This document shows positions 1-11,299 of a DNA stretch of 62,957 bases, piece by piece. Made by a program: the position numbers and the translations under genes. The notes beneath the pieces were generated by a model that had not been told where the DNA came from, did no database searches, and saw only the letters and a list, made by a program, of their open reading frames with translations. Every line of letters begins with the position of its first letter. Position 1 is the stretch's first letter. Where the stretch lies: positions 508,214-571,170 of the forward strand of contig JBNGIO010006382.1 in assembly GCA_049999805.1 (NCBI GenBank), in the 5' to 3' direction. This DNA is from Folioceros fuciformis (Eukaryota).

Positions 1-13
1 GCTTCCGCTAACA

Positions 14-25
14 TGGTATCAGAGC
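14..25 (+). promoter_or_regulatory. Primer-binding site complementary to the initiator tRNA-Met 3' end
   Basis: tggtatcagagc immediately after the LTR-terminal CA. Confidence 0.95.
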
Positions 26-229
26 AGAGTTAATCTTAGTGATTTTTCTGTCTATAGGATCTTGGGATGGTGTTTGTAATTAGCACGTCTTAAGTTGGAT
101 TTTCCATGTTTCTTATGCATTATTTTATGTAGTCATAAGAGTACAGGATTATGATTTTCCGGATGTTTGGATAATGTCCAATCTTTTGATGGGTAGTCGG
201 ATGTGTAGTGTTTTCTGTCAGGATTTGTG

Positions 230-834
230 ATGGCTCGAGGCAGGCAACGGTATTCATATGAGCCATTGCCACAATTTTTGATGAGACATTTTTCTCATAA
301 AAATTGTATGTCAGAAAGGCCTGAGCCATTTCGTGCACCTAATAGGCCAGCCACATACCTGAGGAATTATTATCCACCAGCATATTCTGGAGAGAATGAG
401 AGAGCTTTTCTGCATTCTCAATTTCAGCGATTTTTCTGTAAGAAGAAATCTAGGAGCAAGGTGGCAATTCCAACACTACAGCATTTGATTACCCGGCTTG
501 ACACTGTTGTATCCTTGTTACTGCGAGTTCTGGAGAATCAACGGGTTGAGGCGCTGCAGCTAGATGAGCTATCGTTGAAGATTGCAGCCCTGAGTGGAGA
601 ACGAGCAAAGACACAGAATACAAGTCATAATTCACCACAGAATTGGATTTGTACGTGTTCCATGCGTTCCTCAGCGGCGCCGGATTCCCCTTCAGCCCGC
701 GTGCCGATGCCCAGGCACATCTAGCAGCAGCCCGTGCGATTGAAGGTCCAGATCTGGAGCGTCGCGCGCGTGAGGTTGCTGCTTCAGTTGCTGGCCTCGA
801 CGGACTGCTGAAACGAAACGAAACGTTAAGTTAG
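230..834 (+). other. Extra upstream ORF(s) in the copia leader, coiled-coil-like, possibly one frameshifted ORF
   Basis: ATG at 230, open to 724; overlapping ORF 643-834; heptad-like Leu spacing (LQHLITRLDTVVSLLLRVLENQRVEALQLDELSLKIAAL). Confidence 0.45.
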
Positions 835-990
835 GTTTCCGGTGGCGGGCAAACTAACTTGAGTTTTGTCGTTTCGTTTTGTTTCGTTTTTATGGTGACT
901 GTTCTGTGTCTTACCTCTCGTTTAGTCAGCCATGGAACAGAATTCACAGCATAGACTCACCAGGCTGGTTGTGTCTGTGCTACTTGGTGA

Positions 991-3900
991 ATGGATGAGG
1001 ACCTTGATCTTGATACCTTGGCTGAATCATTAGCTCGTTTAGCGTTGACTTCAGTAGCTGTAGGATCAACTGTGTCCGCCCCTTCACCTGGTTTGCGTCC
1101 AGCTCTTCCTTTGCAGTCACAGATGGCTGTTCCCACAAGCTCTGCATCTGGTGCTACGGCTAGTTCATCTGCTCCTTCACCATCTACAGCCTTTATACAG
1201 TCAGGTTATGGTGGAGATTTTAAAGAAAAAGACAGGTTTGATGGCAAACCTGGACGCTTCGAAGGATGGAAAGCTAGGATGAGAGCTTACCTGGATGCGA
1301 GAGATGTCTGGGAGTATGTTGACGGGTCACTCCCAGATCCATCAGCAACAATTCCTAAGGGTACACCAGAAGAGATAGCAAAGTGGAACAAAGGAAATAA
1401 AGTTGCCTTTGCTATGCTACTATCAGGGCTGGATGAAACGACTGTAACTGAAGTTGAGTTTCTTGGCTCTGCTGCTGCTGTTTGGAGTCAGCTCAAGGAC
1501 ACCTATCAAGTGCAGAACATTCTGACATTAGTTGCTGCAAGGAATGAATTTTTTTGGTTTGAGGTTGAAAGAAGGAGATTCAGTTGGAACACATGTCACT
1601 CGTCTGCGTTACCTGCGTGCTCAGCTAGCAGCGTTGGGTTGCAAGATGACCGAGTTGGACGTGACTGCTCAGCTGCTTTCTAGCTTGCCTTCATCCTACC
1701 AGAATTTTGTGTCCAGTCAGAACTCCATTTTGCGAGATGCATATAAGGAAGTTGCTTCTGGTCTTCCTTCCACCTTAAGCTTGAATGAAGTGGTTGGTGC
1801 CCTGCTACAGGAGGAACAGAGCCGTCAGAGGTCTGGTTCCTCTCGCCTGCGAGGAGACAAGGTTTTGGTTGCTAAAGTGAAAGGGCCTTGGAAAGGAAAG
1901 ACTAAAGGAAAACAGCAGCAGATGTTCTCACCTGGACAGTCTGCTGGCTCCTTTTTGTCTACTCCAGTGAAGCGCCAGGGAAACTGTAACTGGTGTGGTG
2001 TAGCTGGACATTGGGAAAGAGACTGTAAGAAAAAGAAAGCAGGGAGTCCGAAGCGCGAGAGTAAACCTGAAGCACATGTTGCAACAAAGGACTCCAGGAA
2101 TCCTTCTTCTTCTTCAACTCTTCCCAGAAGTAGCAGTACTGCGTTGACAGTTTTTCTCACTTCTTCCTGCCATGGTCCATCATGTTGGTTTGTCGATTCT
2201 GGAGCAACAGCACATGTCTGCAATGATAGGGATCAATTTGCAGCTTTTCGCACACGGTCTTACCCACAATCTGTTTTTGTTGGTGACTCTCGTGCTATAC
2301 AAGTCAAGGGAGCTGGCATAGTACACTTGTCCTTGCCTGATGGTTCGTCCTTGACTTTAGAGAATGTCCTTTATGTACCTGACATGAGTAAAAATCTATT
2401 ATCAGTCCGAGCAATTGCACAAGGTTCTACTTACGGTTTTAGGTTTGAGGACAAGTGTTGTTACCTTTACATGTTGTCTGAGCCTGAAACCTACATAGCC
2501 AAAGCTACACTGTGTGAGGACTTGTATCAGTTAGAACACAGTGTCTAAAGACAAAGCTAGAGTTCTTGTTTCTTCTGTCAGTGCTCAAGCTTACCTCTGG
2601 CATGCTCGCCTAGGTCATGTGAATCGCTCTAAGCTGGATTTGATGTCCAGGTCTGATTGTTATCGGGAACGTCTTCCTTCTTGTTTCAAGCACTTGCCTG
2701 TGTGCAGCGCATGTGCCTTATCCAAACAGAAGGAGCTCCCTTTTCCTAAGTCTGCCACAAGAGCAAAGGGAATCTTGGATTTAATTCATGCAGACATTTC
2801 AGGAAGAATGCCTGTCAAATCAATTGGAGGCGCTGAGTATTATCTTACCTTGACTGATGATTATTCACGTTATACCTGGACATTCCCCATGGCTGTGAAG
2901 AGTGAGGTGTGTGACATCCTTTTAGCTTGGATTCCTATGGTTCATCTGCAGACAGGACAACAGGTTAAATGTTTCCGTACCGACAATGGGGGAGAGTTCA
3001 CAGGAGGAAATGTGGATGCCTTGTTTCGTCAGTACGGAATCACTAGGCAACTTGCTATTCCATATACCCAGCAACAGAATGGTGTGTCCGAAAGGAGGAA
3101 TCAAATTCTTATGGGTATGACACGGAGTGAGCTGTCTTGGTCTGGATTGCCTAAATCCTATTGGGCTGAAGCTATTGTCTATGCTACATATACTCTGAAT
3201 AGGGTTCTTACCTCTGCTGTCGTTGGTCGGACTCCATATGAGGCCTTCTGGGGTCGAAAACCTAGTATTCTCCATCTGCGAGTGTTTGGTTCACTTGCTT
3301 ATGCTTATATTCCTGCACCCAAGCGAAACAAGTTGGATGATAGGTCTCAGCCACTTGTGTTTGTTGGTTATTCAGAGGAATCTAAGGCTTACAAGTTGCT
3401 GGACCCTGCAACTAAGAAGATTGTTCTAGCTCGAAGTGCTACTTTCAAGGAACTTTTATTACCTCGTGTAGTGTCCTCTGTAGAGCAACTTGATGCAGGG
3501 AGTTCTGGTGAATCTGCAAGTCCAAGTCTGGAGCATGAGTCAACAGATGCTTTAGTTCCAGCTGTTTTTCCTATGTCAGATGGTGAACCAAGTGTTGTGG
3601 ATGATGCTTCAGACGTACATGGTTCCTCTACTTCAGCTGTGAATCAGAACTGTGAGCAAGACAGTGAGCAGATTTTAGTACCTGATGTACAAGGGGCTGA
3701 TGTTGTGGAGCCTCTTGACATTCCTCATGATGATGGTTCAGATTCCTTGTCAGTTGCCAGCAATGCAGAGTCTGTTGCTGATGATTCAGATACTTTGCCT
3801 CATGACACTACAGCTGCAGAGGGAGTACAACCATCTATCATTCATGAGTTAGTACCAGCTGAAGATCCTCCTCCTAGGTATCCAACAAGAGAAAGGAGAG

Positions 3901-5585
3901 GACGAGCTGACTGGATGGAGTCACCATACCAAGCTGTTGATTTCCGGAGGTCTTATGCCCATGTTGTTGATGTTCATGTGCCTGAGGTGAGGCCAGATCC
4001 ACAAAGCTATTCGGAAGCCTTGAATGGACCGGATGGTCATCATTGGCGTATCTCCATCGATGATGAATATAATTCTTTGATTAAGAATCACACATGGGAG
4101 CTTGCTGATCTCCCGCCTGGCCGTAAGCCTATCTCCTGCAAATGGGTGTTTAAAACCAAGTTGAAGTCAGATGGTACTATAGCACGCTATAAGTCACGCT
4201 TAGTAGCAAGAGGTTTTTCACAGATACCTGGTATCGACTATGGTGACACTTTTTCACCAGTAGTGAAGCCACCCTCTATACGTATTCTTCTTGCTATGGC
4301 TGCCGAATTTGACCTTGAATTGCATCAGATGGATGTGTGTACAGCCTTTCTGCATGGTGAGCTTGAAGAGGTACTGTACATGCTCCAGCCTGAAGGGTTT
4401 GTGGACAAGAAGTTTCCAAAGAAGGTGTGTAAGTTGTTGAAAACTATCTACGGTCTTAAGCAAAGTCCTCGAGCGTGGTATAAACGAATTACAGCTTTTC
4501 TAAGGAAACATGGCTTTATTCAGTCTCCAGCAGACTCTAATGTATTTTACCTTGCTGTTGGGTCTTCCTTTGTCATACTTGCCCTTTATGTCGATGATGC
4601 CATCCTCCTCAGTGACCAGATGGTACACATGGATAGGGTTAAAGCCTTGTTGCGTACTGAATTCGAGATGACAGACCAAGGCCCTCTTCAATACTGCTTG
4701 GGTGTACAGATTCTGCGGGACAGGAGTACACATTCCATTGTACTTCATCAGACAAAGTATATTAAGGAAATATTGAAACGCTTTCATATGGATTTAGCCA
4801 AGCCTTTATCTACACCTTCTGCAGTGGGGGTAAAACTTACTGTAGAGCAGTCCCCTCAAGATGCAGATGAGGTGGAGTATATGTCTACAGTTCCGTATGC
4901 AGAAGCTGTAGGCAGTCTTATTTTTCTGGCGAACTGGACCCGGCCTGATATCAGCTATGCTGTGAGTTCCGTTTCTCAGTTCCTGAAAAACCCAGGGAGA
5001 GCACATTGGTCAGCTGTTAAGCGTATATACAGATTTCTAAAAGGCACTCTTAATTATGGTTTACACTATATTTCAAGTGGAAATAGAGATCTTACACTTA
5101 CAGCTTTCACAGATGCTGATTGGGCATCAGACGCTGACTCTCGTCGTAGCTTATCAGCTTATGTTTTCACCTTGGCTTCTGGTGCTGTGAACTGGTCTTG
5201 TAAGAAGCAGTCTTCCTTAGCCCTGTCATCAACAGAAGCCGAGTATAAGTCTCTCACGGATGCATGCAAGGAACTTGAGTGGGAAAGGCGTTTCCTTGAG
5301 GCAATTCGCTTACCACAGACTGATCCGACTTTGCTCTTCTGTGACAATATGTCAGCAATTGCCCTAGTCTCCAATCCCAGGTTTCATGCTCGTACAAAAC
5401 ATATAGAGCTTTACTATCATTATATCCGGGATGTGGCAGATAGAGGCATAGCCCGCGTACAGTACATCAACACAGACTCTAATACAGCTGATATATTAAC
5501 TAAGGGCTTGCCTCAGTTCAAACATTATCAGCATACGGCAGCTATGGGACTGAAAGAGTTCTCCCTACCTCTGCCTAAAGCCTAA
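991..5585 (+). pseudogene. Copia gag-pol polyprotein with two frameshifts (~1549-1555 and ~2540)
   Basis: Gag RFDG..F..WK..M, zinc knuckle CNWCGVAGHWERDC, protease WFVDSGA, LWHARLGH, integrase IHADISG/RTDNGGEF/NGVSERRN, RT YVDD, RNase H FTDADWA. Confidence 0.95.
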
Positions 5586-5755
5586 AGTACAAAAAAAAAA
5601 GTGGCTACAGCCTGTCAGTCATGAGCAAACAAGTCTGTTTCTTACAGTTTCAGATAGCTGGGAAGGCTGCTTTCTGTCTGGAGGAAACTCTCCACCTACA
5701 CATGAGCTGACAGGCTTTCAGAATACACACAGTGGATGAAGCTGTAAAGCGCAAA

Positions 5756-6372
5756 TCAAGTCGTGGGTGTGTTCTGCAGTTTACCGTATCCCATTTGCTC
5801 CAGCCTTCCAACGATTGTCGTGAGTTCTTCTATGGTCGGAGGGATCTCGAAGCCGCAGTTGTCAGGAGTCTTTGCAAGCAGGTCCCTCAGCTCCAGGACC
5901 CTGTCGCGCGCCACGTCCATTGCCTCTCTGGCTTCTTCACACTTTAGGGCAGTCTTCTGAAGATGGCGCAGAAGCTCGAGGTCGGCTCTTCGGAGGATGC
6001 TTGCTGCCTTTGCCATGTCTGCCGCGACTGCTGCTGGGTTGGAGAGCTACGCCAGAGCCCTTGTGGAACGTCGACGCGAGTTGTCTGTCTTCAAGCTTCC
6101 ACCAGTCTCTGTCGAGATGCACCCGTCGCGATCAGAAACAGAGTTGCTGAGAGGCCCATGACGATCGCGCTTAAGAGCTCCAGAATTGCAGCGGGCTCCA
6201 TGCTCTGTGCTTGCGAATGTGAACCGGCGTCACGAGGTCTCAGGAAGATGCAGTGAGCGTAATGGTGGCACGAGTGGTAACGGCGAAGTAACGTGGCTTT
6301 AAATGGTGCCCGTTTACGTTCCGTTGAAGAAGCGATACACTCGGTGTAACTCAGAGCTGGTTTGAGTTGCAT
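5756..6372 (-). other. Antisense ORF remnants between pol stop and PPT
   Basis: 86-aa helical ORF 6016-5756 whose frame extends upstream past a single TAG (6047-6049); overlapping ORF 6372-6091 has a hydrophobic stretch. Confidence 0.4.
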
Positions 6373-6387
6373 GTGGTTATCCCTGGT

Positions 6388-6401
6388 AGGTTAAGAGGGA
6401 G
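6388..6401 (+). promoter_or_regulatory. Polypurine tract
   Basis: aggttaagagggag directly before the TG of the 3' LTR. Confidence 0.85.
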
Positions 6402-6572
6402 TGTTACGGGTTAGGTTAACCCTGATTAAAGTAACCTACCTAGGGTTAATATTATTTAGTTAAATTAGGTTATGAACCTTTTTGTATTTAAGTGACCTTT
6501 GAGTTGTTTTTTAATTAATGCAATATTCCTTTTTGCTTTAGTCTGGGTTTGGCTTCCATGCTTCCGCTAACA
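6402..6572 (+). repeat. 3' LTR (171 bp, TGTTA...TAACA)
   Basis: TG...CA termini with a short inverted repeat; last 13 nt match window positions 1-13. Confidence 0.95.
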
Positions 6573-7337
6573 GGGTCAGGGCATGGAACATGTACAACAA
6601 CGTAGGAGTAGAGAAAGGAGGACTAAAATTTTAACACCTTGTTCCGAGAAGAAGATGAGAGACCATGGCCCCATATTTTGATGCCAAATAAAGGACAAGG
6701 GATAATTAATATATCAAATAATCATTTTCGAAGGTTGATATTCATAATATTTATATGATATACAGCATGATATAAAGTAGTTGCAAAACCTATCCCCTTG
6801 ACAAGAGGGTAGGAGGCAAAAGAGGTCCAATTAAAGTTTGGGTCAAATAATGTGATCCAAGATAAATGTATATGCGGACTTATTCCATGACCTAAACCCT
6901 AAACCCTAAGCCCTATTAAGCATCATAATTAAATGTGCAATCTGAATCTTAAATGGGAACCTTTTGAGTTGAAATGCATGATCTTAGTTTTGTTAAAGGT
7001 AACATAAAAGCTTTGCAAAAAGTAGAGAGACATTGATGTTGTTGTATTGAAGAAGGTAAAAGAAGCACATCTTTAGCATATAGAAGCATAGGAATGCTCT
7101 TGAGCAACAAACGAACTCCCCCCACCGGAAGCTTGTCACATCAATCCCGCAGTGGAGCTGTGGACCCGGAGCTGGGCTTTACACCTCTTAGGATCGAAAG
7201 CTGGTTGTTGTATTCCGAACCGCACGCCAATTCGTGCGTATAACTTCCGCACGCCGGAAAGATGAAGGGACAAGAGACGGACTGTTGGGGGGCCTGATAG
7301 GCAGGGTGTTCTGCGCCTGCGCCTGGTGGTGCTAGCG

Positions 7338-9593
7338 ATGGTTGCGTGGCACGTCGCAATTGAGCCGAGCAAGGCGCAGCAGGGTCGCATTCAGGGATGG
7401 GATTATTGCACCCGACAGCTTTTTGTTGATGAGCCGACCTGGAAGGCTCCCCCTCACTGGACCTCAAGGGATCAGGCATGGACAGGCAAGGAAGCCGGGA
7501 GGTGCAGCACCTCTGCACGAAGGGCAGGCTGGGTTTATCGGCAGCTGACTGACGTGGATGCGTTGGTGGGTCGTGACGTTTGTCCGCCCAGCAGCTTGAG
7601 AGCGGGGGATGATGGTGAAGCAGGAAGTGACAGTGGCAGGCCTGGAGGAAACGGAAGGCGGATAACGGCCGAAAGTGTGAGCAAGCTTTGTGAGCAAGGG
7701 CAGCTCCCGGAGGCTGTTACAGCCCTGGGAGTTTTGGGGTACTCGGGCTGTCGTGTCTCAAAAGCGCTTGTGTACGCTGTTCTGAAAGAGTGTGTGGTGA
7801 AGAAGGATTTGGCATTGGGTCGCCGTGTGCATGCCCTCGCTGTAACGAAGGGGTATGAGTCGGACACGTTCTTGTGCAACCACTTTCTACGGATGTACGC
7901 TTCACATGGCAGGCTGCAGGAAGCTATGGAAGTGTTTAGGATGGGTGCAGAGCCAGATGCTTTCATGTGGTCTTCTGTCATTTCTGCACACGTTAGGCAG
8001 GGGGAAGATGAGCAGGCCATAGAGCTGTATCACGAGATGCGTGGGTCCGGTGTGAAGGCGGATGGTCATGTGTTTGTGGCTGCCCTTCAGGCTTGTGCGA
8101 GGGGAAAGGACTTGGAATCTGGGCTCCAGGTGCATGCTGATATCTTGGCTAGCGGGGTGGAGCCTGATTTGTTCGTCTCTAGTGGCTTGGTGGACATGTA
8201 TGCCAAGTGCGGCAGCTTGGAAGACGCTCAGAGAGTGTTTGACGGGCTTCAGGAGAAGAATGTGGTGACATGGAATGCCATGATAGCAGGTTATTCCCAG
8301 CAGAGCATGGGGGAGGAAGCACTGGGTCTGTACAAGGAAATGTTGGATGAGGGCATGACTGCACCTGATTCTGTGACCTTTGTGTGCCTCCTGCAGGCTT
8401 GTGCGAGTGAGGGAACCTCGAGTTTGGAGAAGGGGAAGGAATTGCACAGGCAAATCATACGACGCGGGCTTCAAGCTGATGTGTTTGTCGCAAACAGCCT
8501 GGTCAACATGTATGCGAAGTGCGGCAGCGTGGAGGATGCCCAGGGTGTGTTTGACACACTTGAGAGAAAGAATGTGGTGACATGGAGCGCCATGATAGCA
8601 GGATATTCCCAGCAGGGCGTGGGACAGGGTGCCCTTGGTCTTTACAGGGCCATGCAAGAAGAAGGCTTGGTTGCACCGAACGCAGTTACATTTGTGTGCC
8701 TCCTCCAGGCATGTGCAAGCGTGGCAGCCTTGCATGTCGGAAGGGAGCTTCACATCCAGATCAAAGACCACGGCCTTCAAGATGATGTGCTTTTAGCTGG
8801 CAGTTTGATAAACATGTACGGAAAGTGTGGCAGCATGCTTGAAGCACAACAAGTGTTCGAGGCTCTGCCAGAACGAGACCTCGTCGTGTGGAATGCTCTG
8901 ATTGCAGGATACGCCCGTCAAGGAGACAGCCAGAAGGTCTTCGACTTGCTTCTCAAGATGGGAGAGGATGGTATCCAGCCAGATGGTGTCGTATTTCTCA
9001 GTGTCCTAACAGCATGCAGTCATACGGGGCTAGTGGACAAGGGGCAGGAGTACTTCGAGGCTATGAGCAGGCTGTACGGCATCACTCCCACTGCTGACCA
9101 CCACACCTGCATGGTGGATCTCCTGGGCCGGTCAGGGCAACTGGACGAAGCTCTAGCACTAATACACAGAATGCCTGGAGAGCCTAACACTTCCATCCTT
9201 CACACGCTCATGAGTGCCTGCCGAAAGTGGAATAACGTGGACGTAGGACGCCGTGCCTTCGACGAAGCAGTGAAGCTAGATGAGAGGAATGCCGCATCGT
9301 ATCTCTTGATGTCGAGCATATACACTGGTGCCCAGATGTGGCAGCAAGCTCAGGAGATGCACGCTATGAGAAAGAAAATCAAAGCACGGAAGCAACCAGG
9401 CCAGAGCTGGTGGACTGACACGGATGGGTTGGTGCATAGTTTCTTGGCTGGGAATAATATACCTGCTTCCCCAACTGTGCGACGTGGTCGAAATGTTGGG
9501 CAGGCCTTTGCTATTACACCCAAGCACCCATCCCTGCTTTTTGTACATACTTCATTGAAAGCTAAAGTGGACTTCATTGACAGACTTTATTGA
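7338..9593 (+). CDS. PLS-class PPR protein with E1/E2 and a WW-type PG box; DYW deaminase truncated (organellar RNA-editing factor)
   Basis: Single-exon ORF with ~14 P/L/S repeats (YAKCG, VVTWNAMIAGY, FLSVLTACSH, CMVDLLGRSG) and E motifs. KQPGQSWWTDTDGLVHSF at ~9390-9445; no HxE/CxxC follows. Confidence 0.93.
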   Translation: MVAWHVAIEPSKAQQGRIQGWDYCTRQLFVDEPTWKAPPHWTSRDQAWTGKEAGRCSTSARRAGWVYRQLTDVDALVGRDVCPPSSLRAGDDGEAGSDSGRPGGNGRRITAESVSKLCEQGQLPEAVTALGVLGYSGCRVSKALVYAVLKECVVKKDLALGRRVHALAVTKGYESDTFLCNHFLRMYASHGRLQEAMEVFRMGAEPDAFMWSSVISAHVRQGEDEQAIELYHEMRGSGVKADGHVFVAALQACARGKDLESGLQVHADILASGVEPDLFVSSGLVDMYAKCGSLEDAQRVFDGLQEKNVVTWNAMIAGYSQQSMGEEALGLYKEMLDEGMTAPDSVTFVCLLQACASEGTSSLEKGKELHRQIIRRGLQADVFVANSLVNMYAKCGSVEDAQGVFDTLERKNVVTWSAMIAGYSQQGVGQGALGLYRAMQEEGLVAPNAVTFVCLLQACASVAALHVGRELHIQIKDHGLQDDVLLAGSLINMYGKCGSMLEAQQVFEALPERDLVVWNALIAGYARQGDSQKVFDLLLKMGEDGIQPDGVVFLSVLTACSHTGLVDKGQEYFEAMSRLYGITPTADHHTCMVDLLGRSGQLDEALALIHRMPGEPNTSILHTLMSACRKWNNVDVGRRAFDEAVKLDERNAASYLLMSSIYTGAQMWQQAQEMHAMRKKIKARKQPGQSWWTDTDGLVHSFLAGNNIPASPTVRRGRNVGQAFAITPKHPSLLFVHTSLKAKVDFIDRLY

Positions 9594-9835
9594 AAGCTAA
9601 GATGGAAAAACCATCTACGACAAGACATGTACCTCAAGACCATGCACCTCGAGAGAACAAGAAAAGACGACCACCGGAGGAACCCGAAAGAGAACTAGCC
9701 CCCAAGGCTACCCAGCGTCATCCAACATAGGCCAGGTGTCTCTACCAAAAGACGAAGAAAAAGACCTCTATTAGAGTCTACTAAGATGGATTTTCGTCCT
9801 AGTACTTAACAACGTATACTTTGGTACTTTAAGGT

Positions 9836-9844
9836 TTAGGGTTT
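9836..9844 (-). promoter_or_regulatory. Telo-box (AAACCCTAA) upstream of RPS30
   Basis: ttagggttt ~110 bp upstream of the ATG; telo-boxes are typical of plant ribosomal-protein promoters. Confidence 0.55.
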
Positions 9845-9952
9845 ATTCTTTCCTTTGTAACTGGGTTTCTCTTTCACTCTTTCCATTAGGCGTCCTCTCT
9901 GTTTTCTCCTAGGGTTCTTGCTGTCTTTCAAGGGAGTCTGCAGGCGGTAGCT

Positions 9953-10386
<434 letters not shown>

Positions 10387-11299
10387 ATGGAAGTATGCAG
10401 TCGCAGTTTTTTTTGTTGTTGAATAAGGTTTTGCTTTTAGGGTTCTGCGGTCTCCCTCTCCCATAGCCTTACGAGGGGTTCTTTCTGTTGCGGTCGCAGG
10501 ACTTTGACGTTGTAACATGATAATCGTTTTGTTATGGATGGGAGGACCTGGAAGGGACTCCTGTCGTCCCATGCTTACAGGAGGATGGGGAGTTGTTCAC
10601 GGCAACGGTACGAGAAGGAAAATCTTTTCGTAGAGGTTCAGATGTTCGCATGCACTGTCGTGGGCCTGTGACTCTGAGAATTTTGCTAGTTCAACCAGAC
10701 GGAAAGCTATCAGTGCTTCTCATTGGTGTCTTGTGTCTTGTTTTTTCATTGATTAATGATTATCTAGTACAACTTGTGGGTGACGCATTGACGTCCGTGG
10801 TTGCCAGTTCAATGAGGCGAAAGCTTGAGCGCAAGGTTGATGTGTTGTGTTCTTGTGTAAGAAGTCTACGGTAAAAGGTCCATTCCGTGTTGTATGAGGT
10901 CAGCTGATGGATGTTGATCACCAGATCATGCGTGCACTGAGGGATATTCTACTTTAATGGTCTTGCTTGATGAGGGTGGGTCATGTAAGCCTTAGGCATT
11001 TGTGCTATGTGAACCCGGAGTTCTGTGGACCTTAAATTTTGTTTTGCGCACGTAACGTGTGACTGACAGTTGTTGCCATTTGTTGCCGCCGGTTGTGGTG
11101 CCTTGCGTGGATGATGCTGAGTCTGTTGTCGTTGTCCTAATTCTTGGTGGGACGCATTGGGAGCGTGCCTGCTGTAAATATGGACGAAAATCAATGGCTT
11201 GTATGCCTGTGGTGATCTTTAGATGGGTGGCACCTGAGCCTGGTGCGCCCATAAAGGCCCTCCACACACTCTGAAGTTTCTTTAGTGTCATTGCCGTCT

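Larger units (their letters stand above)
1..6572 (+). mobile_element. Ty1/copia LTR retrotransposon (5' LTR mostly outside window)
   Basis: 5' LTR end gcttccgctaaca (1-13) is identical to the 3' LTR end (6560-6572). PBS and PPT are present, and domain order is gag-PR-IN-RT-RNaseH. Predicted right TSD is gggtc (6573-6577). Confidence 0.97.

Noticed and set aside
1545-2548. Programmed ribosomal frameshifts in copia gag-pol
   Set aside because: Both shifts are explained by simple slippage (7-T run instead of 6; a lost GT dinucleotide), and the first falls mid-gag; mutation or assembly error is more likely
6890-6915. Telomere-like CCCTAAA repeats
   Set aside because: Only ~3 imperfect units; a common interstitial telo-box, not a telomere
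7535-8780. Long antisense ORFs over the PPR gene
   Set aside because: Shadow frames of a GC-rich repetitive coding sequence
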